64,000 nucleotides of DNA from Schmidtea polychroa. Taxonomy: Eukaryota. The stretch's first letter is position 1. Each line of letters opens with the position of its first letter. Where the stretch lies: NCBI GenBank assembly GCA_044892525.1, contig CM097887.1, positions 23,126,001 through 23,190,000 of the forward strand, read 5' to 3'. The position numbers were made by a program, and so were the translations under genes. This document shows, one piece after another, positions 1-10,121 of this stretch. Under the pieces are notes generated by a model. That model made no database searches. It was given only the letters and a program-made list of their open reading frames with translations, and was not told where the DNA came from.

Positions 1-3000
1 TTGCTCGTTGTTACCTACTTTCATGAGTTTGTGTAATGGTGTGTCTCCGTAATGATCTGTTATTGTAAATAATATTGGCCATTGGCTTTTGACTACTCGC
101 AATAATGGGTGTGTCCTTTCTCTATTTGCATAGTTTTCGATCATCGTTAATAATCCTCCTAATATTTCGAAGTCTAATCGATCTTTTGCCCATCCGGGTA
201 ACTTGATTTTTACTTCCTTTACAATTTTTTCCGCTTCCGATGGTTGTATGCCCAATCGTCCGATGATGGGTTCTGCAAGTTGTTGCATCATGTTTATTCT
301 GTAGGTTTGCGAACGTGTAGTTAATGTACAGCCTTCTGGTTGACTGGTGGCTGTTTTTGGAATTGATTTGCATCGTGCCACGTTTACGTATATTGGCCTG
401 GTGAATGGGTTATTTACCAATTTCACTCTTACGTTGGTTTCGCCTACGAATAGAATCTCATATGGCCCTTTTCCGTTGCGTTGTAACTTTTTTGTGGTTC
501 CTGGAATTAATTCTGGTGTTTCTATCATTACCCAATCACCTGTTTGAAAAGTGTGTTGCTTCACGTTTTTCTTTCGATCGTGTAAATCTTTATAACTTTC
601 CTGGTAGAACTTGATATTTAACCCCGCGGTTTCCCAAATTTCCTGCATTCTCTCTTTGAATTTCGTAACATAATCGTCTATCTCCATGTATTGCGATATT
701 GGTGGTTGGTATTCCAGGTCCATTGGCATGTTGCATTCTCTCCCGTACATTAATTTAAATGGGCTCATTTTTGTTGACGCATGAATTGACATTCTATAAG
801 CCATAAGACATAGATTTATGTATTCATCCCAATCTCGCTGGTGACGATCGACGTAATTTGACAACATTTGTATGAGTGTTCCGTTAAATCTTTCCGTCAT
901 CCCATTGGTTTGAGGGTGATATGGAGATGTTCTTAGTTTTGCGATTTTGAAATAGTTTGTTACTTCGTTCATTATCTCGCTCATGAAATTAGTTCCTTGA
1001 TCTGTTAATATTTGTTTTGGCGTTCCATATCGGCAACATATTTCTTCCACTAAGATTTTTGCGATTGTTTTAGCTTTTTGGTCTGGCATCGCGAATGCTT
1101 CTGGGAATTTCGTAAGAAAGTCTGTGATCACTAGAATGTAAACATTTCCTTTATCTGACTCTGGTAGTGGACCAACTACGTCCATGGATATCATCGTCAT
1201 CGGCTCTATTGGTACTGGCATTGGCGTTAAAGGCGCTTTCCATTTTGATCCAGTATTTTTCCGTGTTGCACATGTTAGGCAGTTTTTCACCCACTCGCTT
1301 ACGTCTTCCGTCAAGGTTGGCCAAAAATATTTTTGTTTCATTCTTGCTAACGTCTTTTTCGATGACATATGTCCTCCCAATCTACCATCGTGATATTGCG
1401 TTAGTAAATCCTTCCGTCGGTTTTCTGGCACACACATTAATCTCTTCTCTCCATCCATTATCAGTAACCAATCTTTCTCTATAATATATCGATGTCGGTG
1501 TTTATCCATATGTTCTTTTAATTTTTGATCTTTCGCATATACCTCCGTCTTTCCGGTTTTTACATAATCGATAATCCGTTTCAGTTCTACGTCTTCTTGT
1601 TGGTCCTTTCGCAATTGACAGAAATCTAAATCTTCCGCTACTATTAAGCATATGCGTTGCATTGCTGAATCCACCAAATCTGGGAAAATAAATCTTGACA
1701 TACAATCGGCGTTGGCATTTGCTCTTCCCGCTTTGAATTTTATAAATGGGGAGTATTCTTGCAATTGCATGGCCCATCTCATCAGTCTACTGGACGCTTC
1801 TTTATGTTGCCCTAACCACACTAATGGTTGATGATCTGTGGTTATACATATCTCATGTCCCCATAGTAAATATCGGAAGTGTTTGATAGCTTGTATTATA
1901 GCCAATGCTTCTCGTTCTGTTACCGAATAGTTCTTCTCGTGCTTTTTGAATGTTCGACTGTAATATCCAATTACTCTTTCTTTACCTTCGTCGTCTAATT
2001 GTCCCAAAATCGCGCCTGCCGCGTACCCGCTTGCATCCGTTGCTAATAGAAATGGTTTCTTGAAATCGGGGTGTACGAGGATAGGTGCTTTGATTAGTTT
2101 GTCTCTCAGCGTTTCAAACGCCTCTTGTTGTTCCTTCCCCCAAATGAACGAAATGTCTTTCTTTACTAATTCCTGGATTGGTTTTGCAATTCCTGCATAA
2201 TTTTTGATAAATTTGCGATAGTATCCGCATAATCCTAGAAATTCCTGAACTTGGGTGACAGTTTTCGGTGCTGGACATGTTTTTATTTTCTCAATGTTTC
2301 TTGGATCTGGCTCCTTTCCTTTAGCTGACACTATGTGTCCCAAAAACGTGACTTTTTCCTTTGCCCAATCGCATTTTGATGGTTTGAGTTTGAGTTTCCA
2401 TTGTCGTAATCGAATAAATTTCTTTTTTAATTCCCTGATTTTGGTGGTTGGGTGTACTTCTACTTCCTCAACATTCTTATCTGGGTATTTGATTCGGATT
2501 CGGTATCTCTCTTGGGTATCTTGTGACCACTCATGGTTTCGCCACTTCCCGATAATTTGCTCCAGTTGTTCCGGGTACCATTCGTTGTATTGTCGGTATT
2601 CTTCTATAGTTTTTACTATCTCTCTCAGATAATGGATATTATCCGATATTTTTAAAATGAAGTTAGCTAATGTTATTACTTGTCGTTTTTGATTTTTCGC
2701 TCCCTTTATTAGGATATCGCCTAATTGTTTATATCTTTCTCTCTCTTCTCGTTCTCTTGCTTCCGTCGCTTCCTCGCCGTCCATATCAGCATATTCACGT
2801 TCCTTTTTCCTCATTGCATGAATATGTCTCGCTTCATTTTCGCTTTCTGATGTGACATCCGTCTCGCTTTCGTCATCTGATGTCTGTTCCCTTGCTTCCT
2901 CTTCATATTCTGGAGGTCCCTCTTCTTCCTCCTCCGATTCACTTTCTGTCTCGCCAATGTCTGTTTCTACGAAGATTCCTTTCCGGATTTCCCATTCCTT

Positions 3001-4629
3001 ATTCTCTGCATTCCACACTCTTTCCCATGGGGTTCGTCTGCAGGATCTGGTACTTAGTTTCGTGATTTTTCCTTGTAGTTCCTTTTCTTTTAACCATTGT
3101 TGGTGGATTTCAACTATTTCTGTAGATTTTTGATATAACGTTTTCATCCGGTCTCGTATTTCTTTGTGATATGTTACATCTCTTGTTCGAAATTCATCCA
3201 TTGGTACTATCCTGATTATCTGATGATTGTCCCACATACCCATTTCGCTTAACGAGGTGTCGTCCTCCGCTCGTAATATTATTTTATCGTACATCATGAC
3301 TACATCATCTACCATACCATCACTACTTTCGCTACGTACCTTTTCCGTTATCTCTTGGTTTATCTTTGATACCAAGTCATCCACTGTACTCTGATTGCTC
3401 ATTTTTATTCGTCGTTTCTCTTCGTTCGGTAACCATATGGTTATTTCTAACTTCTGTGGTTGGGTCTCCTTTAACCTTCCATATTTGTGAATCAAATTTA
3501 TGGTTCTCCAATCACTCATTCGGAGCATTTCTGTATCTCGCAACCGGCTCATTAGTTCGTACATGGCTGGGGCTCGTCTGGTGATGAGTAAATCCCAGTT
3601 GTCTTCCACTTGTTCTTGAACTTGTTTGATCAGCTTGTCCAGGTTTCGTCTCAGAGTACATTGCTTTATTTGTTCTAATTTCAATTTGATATTAAAATCA
3701 TATTCCGCCTTGGCATCTTTAGCCCAATCGTAAAGGTTGGCTGGTTGTTTTTCTTTGTGCAACTTCAATATTTGCGTTTCTCCTGGCCATATTAGTGCGT
3801 CTACTAAGTGCATATCTGGTTTGATCTGTTCACCTTGGTATTGATACAGATATTCTTTCTTTCTCGAACTTCCCAAATGTTCTCGTATCCAATCGAAAAG
3901 TTCGTCGGTGACTGTATTTTTTATCCACATTCTTTCAAGTCCTCTACTCGTTCCGATTTTTATTACACACCGCGTGGTATCGGCCTGCTTCATTTTTTCC
4001 ATATACTTTTTTATAATTGATTTTTCCTCGTTTGGTATTAGATCTTTCTCGTTTCTTTCCAATTTCATCACTTTTTGTACGAATCGTCTGAATGGTATTA
4101 TATCGATGAACTCTTGGTTCCTCACTACTACTGGGAGTATTTCAGCTACTTGTTTTATCGCTTCCTCCCTCTCTTTTCTCAACTTTATTTCGATATCCCC
4201 GTCTTCACTTCCGCTGGTTGTCTCGCTTTCGCCTTCTTCCTCTTTGATTTCCCCTTTTGGAGGTTCGCTCATTTCATTTAGCTGTAGTATTTCTCCACCC
4301 AAACTGCTCACATAGTCTTCATCTGATGACGACGTACTTTTTATCCTTTTCATCATGTTAATGTGCAAATTTCTCATCCTTGGTACTCGCTTTAGTTTCT
4401 TTCTTTCAAATATCGTTGTTTCTTTTGATTCTAATTCTTGTAGCATTTGGTGGTTTAGTTGACTGGTTTGTTCCTTGCTCTTGTTATTTTCATCTTCTGT
4501 CTCGGTTTTCGCTTTATTATGTTCTTTTTCGATTTTATCTTTTATCTTTTTCCAGAATATTTTCTGAATTCTCTGGTTTCCTTTTAAAATCGTGGTTGAA
4601 TTCTCTGTTTTCATTTCCGTTGTTGTCTT
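1..4629 (-). CDS. pol: Pol-type polyprotein, 1543 codons open to window edge: acidic/coiled region, ubiquitin-like domains, RT C-terminal part only, RNase H, integrase, ankyrin motif
   Basis: Manual translation found no stop from 4629 to 1 (not in the ORF track because it has no stop in the window). Motifs: LKLKPSKC..FLGHIV, FLGLCGYYRKFI, LATDASG (RNase H), YHDGRLGGH..CLTC, SMDVVGP, LTDQGTNF, YHPQTNGMTERFN, GPY, DHYGDTPLH. Confidence 0.92.
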
Positions 4630-5923
4630 TTACTAACTTCATCATATTTATTCGCAATGCTTGTTCTTGTCGTTGTTGGTTGCGTTCTTGTTTTATCCTC
4701 TCTTCCTCGGCCTGTAGTCTTTGCCATTCTTGTACATGTTGATGCACTTCATAATTGTTGAGATTTTCGGTACTCCTCATCATACGTATATTCTGGGTTT
4801 GTTGTGGTGCTGATTCTTGTCTTGGTCTCATCATTTGTTGCATCATCTGTTTCATCTGCGAAATTTCCTGCATAACGTTCATTTGTTTTCCTTCGTTAGG
4901 GTTACTTTGTCGTTGCGGATTCGCCATATAATTATTATTTCGCGGTGGTGGTCGTTGTTGTTGGCCCCTTTCTCGGCAATCTCTGGAGATGTGACCTGGC
5001 TGACTACAGTTAAAACAACCTCTCAATTGGCATACATTTTCGGTATGTCCACGCCGTCCGCAACGATTACAATTTGAATTTCTATAACAATCTCTGTCCC
5101 AGTGTCCTGGTTTACCGCATGTTCGGCATTGCTTGTTATCGTTCAAATTTCGTCGATTATTAAAATTGTTCTCATTATTCAGGTTGTTGCGATTACCATT
5201 ATTCCCATTTGATCGTCCTTGTGGTGGTTTGAAAATTTGATGCGCTCCTGGTATAAATTGATTCATTTTCGGTTCTTGATTGTTGTTATCTCCGTTATCC
5301 GCTTTCGCTATTGCTGTCGCTATCCTCCCATCCTCTTGCATAATATTCACTTGAGCTGGAAGGTGGAGCTCGCATCTTGTAGCCCAATCTATGGCTTCCT
5401 CTAATGTTTTGCACATTTGACAACCTACTGAGGCTCTTACTTCTTCTCGGCGTAATCCCTCTATGAAATAACCGATCAGATTTTCCTCGGGTAATTTTCC
5501 ATTCATTGCTTTCTTCGCTAATCTCCGCAATTCACTGGCATACAATGTTATCGATTCGTTTGCTCTTTGTTTCCTATTTGCTAGTTCGCCCAACGCCTGG
5601 TTGATTGGCTTACTGGCTCCGAAGGTTTTCTTCAGGAATGTTTTGATATCTTCCCACTTTTCTAATTTCGTATCTCTCTCTTTAGCTTCTAAATATACTT
5701 CTAATGCGCTATCGCACAAAAACAACGGCATCCTTTTGCTAATTGCTTCGGGTGTCCATCCACACACTGTGATATACACTTCAAAATTAGTTATAAATGT
5801 TGCTAACTTGTTTGCATTTCCGTTGAACGGTTCTCCTCGGAACTTTTCTTTATACTCATCGGTTTTTACGGCATTCGTCATGATTGGTGTTCTAGATTCG
5901 TCTGTTTCTTTTAAATTATCCAA
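4535..5923 (-). CDS. gag: Gag (capsid-like region plus three CX2CX4HX4C knuckles and N/Q-rich linker); frame open upstream to 6219
   Basis: CRTCGKPGHWDRDC, CNRCGRRGHTENVC and CFNCSQPGHISRDC; retrotransposon gag-like RKQRANESITLYASELRRLA; overlaps the pol frame (+1) at 4535-4629. Confidence 0.92.
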   Translation of the reverse strand: MDNLKETDESRTPIMTNAVKTDEYKEKFRGEPFNGNANKLATFITNFEVYITVCGWTPEAISKRMPLFLCDSALEVYLEAKERDTKLEKWEDIKTFLKKTFGASKPINQALGELANRKQRANESITLYASELRRLAKKAMNGKLPEENLIGYFIEGLRREEVRASVGCQMCKTLEEAIDWATRCELHLPAQVNIMQEDGRIATAIAKADNGDNNNQEPKMNQFIPGAHQIFKPPQGRSNGNNGNRNNLNNENNFNNRRNLNDNKQCRTCGKPGHWDRDCYRNSNCNRCGRRGHTENVCQLRGCFNCSQPGHISRDCRERGQQQRPPPRNNNYMANPQRQSNPNEGKQMNVMQEISQMKQMMQQMMRPRQESAPQQTQNIRMMRSTENLNNYEVHQHVQEWQRLQAEEERIKQERNQQRQEQALRINMMKLVKDNNGNENREFNHDFKRKPENSENILEKDKR

Positions 5924-6219
5924 GGATGTGACTAAACTTTGGGCTGCTAGTTCTTCGGTTGACGTTGCTAAACTATTAGTTATGTCGGACAGACTTTCTC
6001 TGCTTCGAGATCGACTAGGGGTATATCCGAGATTTTCTTGGTCAAATATGGGTACTTGATTGGTTCTTCTTGCTCCTTGTGATATTCCTCTTTGATGTTT
6101 AATAGATCGTCCTCTTTTGAGTTGTTGTAATTTGTCTCCTGAAAATAATACGTCTCCTGACTTACTTGATGATCTGAGATGGGGTTTATCCGTGATTCTT
6201 TTCTTACGCTTCTTTGTAA

Positions 6220-6540
6220 TTAGCGGCTACTGAACCGGACGAGTTCGGATCTGATTACGTTTCCTTCGAAAAGTATCCTGTATGAATCTGCTACTGAGAT
6301 CCTGAGGAGATTTACTAGTCCTTGGCAGATGGCTGCTAATACTATGAGGTTGAATATATCGGTGATTCGTTCGAAGTTGGAGATGTCGCTATCTGTATCT
6401 TCTTCCGTTCTGGAGTCTTCCGGTTGCTGTGTTTCTCGGTGCGGGTTCTGAATGGATTTATTCTTGGTCGATTGTCGATTTCCTCGAATTCCTGTTGTGC
6501 AGGTTCTGGATTGTCTTGGTTGACTGGATTGGTTTGATAT
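6220..6540 (-). CDS. ATG-less ORF0 in the gag frame, starting at a splice acceptor and ending in a single TAA
   Basis: tttttttcattttAG|ATA TCA AAC at 6541/6540; open for 106 codons (includes hydrophobic DIFNLIVLAAICQGLVNLL); the same frame continues after the TAA into gag. Confidence 0.45.
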   Translation of the reverse strand: MSNQSSQPRQSRTCTTGIRGNRQSTKNKSIQNPHRETQQPEDSRTEEDTDSDISNFERITDIFNLIVLAAICQGLVNLLRISVADSYRILFEGNVIRSELVRFSSR

Positions 6541-7246
6541 CTAAAATGAAAAAATGATCTCGTGTTGCATTTGCTTACACGACTTCATCATTCTTTCTAC
6601 AACATTCAAACACAGACACCTTTTAGGTTTCTGTTTGTGCTTCCCCTATCTTTTGTGAAATCCTTTCCGCGGGTTATAATTTCCCATCAGCCCGTATTTT
6701 CCGTCGATTTTAAATTATCTATATGGGGTAGTAACAATTATCTATAAAGTCGTAATAATTATCTATTCGTTATCAATTATAGTAAAAATAGGTCGTTGTC
6801 GGTCTCTGCTTATTACCCCCCTTCGTTTTCCTCTTCCTTTGCGCTGTTGTCGCTATTTTACTTTTCATATTTACTATTATCCCACTCGGTTCTACTCTGG
6901 AACCGATAAAAATACATTTTCCCGGTTTACCCAAAAAAAATTCCGTAGAGTTTCTCTACTTCACTGGGATCCCTTTAATTAGCTAGTTACTTTCTTCTTC
7001 TACTCATTATCTCCATTTCACCTATTCTTTATTTTCTCATTATTTCTTTAATTCATTTTCTTCTTCTCCTTCCTTTTTCATTATAATTTTATTATCTTTT
7101 CCCCGAGCTCGTTTATTTCCTCTCTAAACTCAAATTTTCGTAATTATATTCAATTTGTTTCTAGCTAGCTTTAATATTCCCTTTCTCTATTAATTTAAAT
7201 ATTATCTCATTGTAGCTTAACTGCTATTTCTCATTTTTCTAGGCCT

Positions 7247-7465
7247 TTACGACTGGCTGGCACTATTCAACAGCTCAATCTTCTTCCTTCTGATCGGTTG
7301 GACTATTCAACAACTCGATCTTACGACTGGCTGGCACTATTCAACAGCTCAATCTTCTTCCTTCTGATTGGTTGGACTATTCAACAACTCGATCTTACGA
7401 CTGGCTGGCACTATTCAACAGCTCAATCTTCTTCCTTGACCGGCTGGACTATTCGACAGCTCGGC
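7247..7465. repeat. 74-bp tandem repeat, about 3 copies (dimer of ~37-bp subunits), in the Gypsy leader
   Basis: ttacgactggctggcactattcaacagctcaatc... starts at 7247, 7321 and 7395. Confidence 0.9.
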
Positions 7466-7838
7466 TTTAATATTCCCCGCTCTGCATGCTTCTACTTCTC
7501 TTTTCTTCTTTTACCCTAGATTACCATTTTCTCTGTCTACTTTTAATTTGTCGACTTAATCTTTACCGCTTGAGAGTGTTTCCCCTTTCCCCCCTTGCTC
7601 GAAACGCACGACGATCGCGATGATCCGTTTCCACATTAGCATGGTGATCAGTCATGCCGCAGAAACTTCTCATCATATGCGATGGTACCCCGCCCTACGC
7701 TTCTTACTTGGGTTGATCAGTTATCCCCTCCCAACGGGTTCTTGCAATAAAACGTACCGCCCGAAGGTGGCTCGGTTTGTACCCCTGCAGCCTATATTGG
7801 GACTAATTCCACGTTAGTTTTATTCTTCTCCATTCGAT

Positions 7839-7848
7839 CTCATAACCA
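7839..7848 (-). promoter_or_regulatory. Candidate primer-binding site (TGGTTATGAG)
   Basis: Lies 4 nt after a candidate LTR end ...TTTAATTACA (7853) that follows AATAAA motifs at 7901-7910. Confidence 0.3.
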
Positions 7849-8034
7849 AAGATGTAATTAAAAGAGATAAAATATCTAATTCATAACAACAAAAAAAATT
7901 TTTATTTATTCTGAGACTAAAATTAAACATTAAAGTTACTTCACACTTAAAAGTACATATATTCGTATTCAAAGGTCTTTTATCAATTTAGTGCGCATAT
8001 ACGTCACTGCATCTGGTTAGTTGTTTTAATCACC

Positions 8035-8510
8035 TTAATAAACCATATGGGTTTCTTTTATCCCATTTTTATATATTGTACATCGCTTCAGATCTTTCAC
8101 GCACTCTTCACAATGACTGAGGTGTCCACAAGGTAAGAATAGTGTGCGTATAGGGCGAAGATTGCAAGACAGACAGGTTCGCAATTTGGTGAGTTTCTCT
8201 TGTATCTTTTGTTCGATTGCCTCTGATATTGTATGTAGTTGATCTTTTATTCGCTCGTATTCTAGATTTAGGGCCGGGTTTTTAGTCGTTTTAGGTACCA
8301 TTGATATACTGTTTCGTGATTTATCTTTTCATCTGAGTGGCTTAAACCTGCGGCCAATAACACGTGATTAGGTACGACTGGTGTATGTCCGATTGCTTGG
8401 AGTAAAATGCTGTTGATTCGCTTTCTTTTTTGTATGAGTGTTTTAATAGGGTCGTTTTCTATATTAATGAAATTAATTAATTGTTGCATCTGTTCTGCGA
8501 ATTCCGTCAT
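8035..8510 (-). pseudogene. IAP-type RING finger protein, frameshifted (about 158 aa if repaired)
   Basis: ORFs 8268-8510 and 8035-8301 join by restoring one A in the A-run near 8282. CLSC-x11-CGH-x3-CEEC-x6-CTIY matches IAP RING spacing with the last Cys changed to Tyr; C-terminal aromatic residue present. Confidence 0.8.
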
Positions 8511-9377
8511 GTCTATTGAGAAAAGGAAAAAAAAATTTTTTTTAATAATATACAGCTAATTAATGGTTATTTCATCAAACATTTTCTTTTAATTCGTTAT
8601 AATTTATTTTATTTTTATCCTATTTCCCGATTATTTACTTTATTTATATCTTTAATTCTATTATTTTCTAATCGTAATTTCTAATAGGATTCGATAGGCA
8701 TTAGTCAATTTGCATTCGCCCACTAATTGACATCGATAATCCCGGTGAATTCACATTATTCGACAGAAATTCCATATTACATCCCGGCTGAGCCCCCAAA
8801 AATTATGCTGGGGTAGTGCTTGGTTGACTCTGCTCAATCTACATCCTTGTCTAGGGGGTGCGTGTCCATATCATTACGCTACATACGCCCGTGTCAACCC
8901 GGAGCAGGACCCCGCACAACTTGCCCTCCAACATAGCACCCGCGAATTGCTTCACGTTGGAAATGTGCTATGCCGGCGAGACTCCAGTAAGCAGGTGAGC
9001 CCCTACCTTAGGACTACTCCTTACTGAGGCCTCGACTTCCCTTTTCTGACGGCCGATGGAAGGACTTACGTCTGTTTACCTCATCAGATTCTCTCTCTAC
9101 CCTGACCCATTATTCGGCACAAAATTGACCACTGCCTCTCGAACTCAAAATTTACTCTCGCTTTGCGAACACTACTCTGAACCTTTACCACAGCTAGTTA
9201 GATTTAAACAACAACAAAAATTTAACCAAAAATTTCTTTATTTTATTATCATGATACATTAGATAATTATACACTACATAACAAGTACACTTGGTGGAGA
9301 ATAGATTAAGAAGAAAAGGAGTCATGATAGTATATTTGTCCATTCGCACCCTGCACGGTTGTATTGTGTTGCGGCCC

Positions 9378-10121
9378 TCACTTCTCCCACCCCGCATCCG
9401 CCAATAGCTCATCTAGATCAAAAAACTCGGAGGCATTCTCCTCCCAAGTCACACCAGCGGCAGATATGATTCGCCCTGGGATTCCACCGGTCAGATCGAT
9501 CGTTACGGGTGGATCATTCGAAGCACTTGGGTGGTTGGCAGATAGTTCTCGTTGTTTGACAATTGCTCGTTCACGTTGGCGCTTCTTACGCTCCGCTCTG
9601 GACAATTGGCGACGCTTAGGTTTTGAGGGGTTAGCAGACAAGATTGCCGAGGACGTCGTGGCTGAATGCGATACCTTGCCAGTGCCGGGAGTAGGTACGT
9701 CCGATGGCCTGGGGGAGAGGTCGGCCTCCACACATTCCTGACAAGATCTTTTCGACAAGGGTGGCGAACTAAATGAAGGTTCATGGTGAACGGGGAAGAC
9801 ATTGTCCGCTTCTTTAATCGGAATACTAACGATCCTTCGGGTTGTAGCGGCTTGAACGTAAACTTTATGTAGAGCTTCGGACTGCTCTTTGATTAGGCTA
9901 CGCTGAGCTCTACTTTCGCTTATCAAAGCATCGCGACAATGCTCACTGCGGTACAATTTCTTTTGAACTTCCTTCATTTGTACTGGGCTAAACCATGTAC
10001 CTTCCAGATCGTCGATTTTCTTTTTATATCGACCGATCTGGGCCTGTAATTCTCGGATCACGGTGTTTTTGTCGGCACAGGAGAAACAGGGTTTGAGCGA
10101 CGGCTTCGAGCTTGGCAACAT
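9378..10121 (-). CDS. Accessory ORF (247 aa): CxxC plus coiled coil, Ser/Pro linker, basic NLS-like segment, acidic-aromatic C-terminus
   Basis: Intact ORF with ATG 9 nt after acceptor tttctttgttacAG (10131); KPKRRQLSRAERKKRQRER; EENASEFFDLDELLADAGW; AATAAA at 9237-9247. Confidence 0.75.
   Translation of the reverse strand: MLPSSKPSLKPCFSCADKNTVIRELQAQIGRYKKKIDDLEGTWFSPVQMKEVQKKLYRSEHCRDALISESRAQRSLIKEQSEALHKVYVQAATTRRIVSIPIKEADNVFPVHHEPSFSSPPLSKRSCQECVEADLSPRPSDVPTPGTGKVSHSATTSSAILSANPSKPKRRQLSRAERKKRQRERAIVKQRELSANHPSASNDPPVTIDLTGGIPGRIISAAGVTWEENASEFFDLDELLADAGWEK

Noticed and set aside
347-6059. Many plus-strand ORFs and short off-frame minus ORFs over the Gypsy
   Set aside because: Antisense or alternate-frame shadows of the A-rich polyprotein.
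9040-9100. Hammerhead ribozyme at CTGATGAG (minus strand)
   Set aside because: No stem II closed by a GAAA core in the correct position.
9503-9802. 99-aa overlapping minus-strand ORF
   Set aside because: Alternate frame within the accessory ORF; no motif or independent support.
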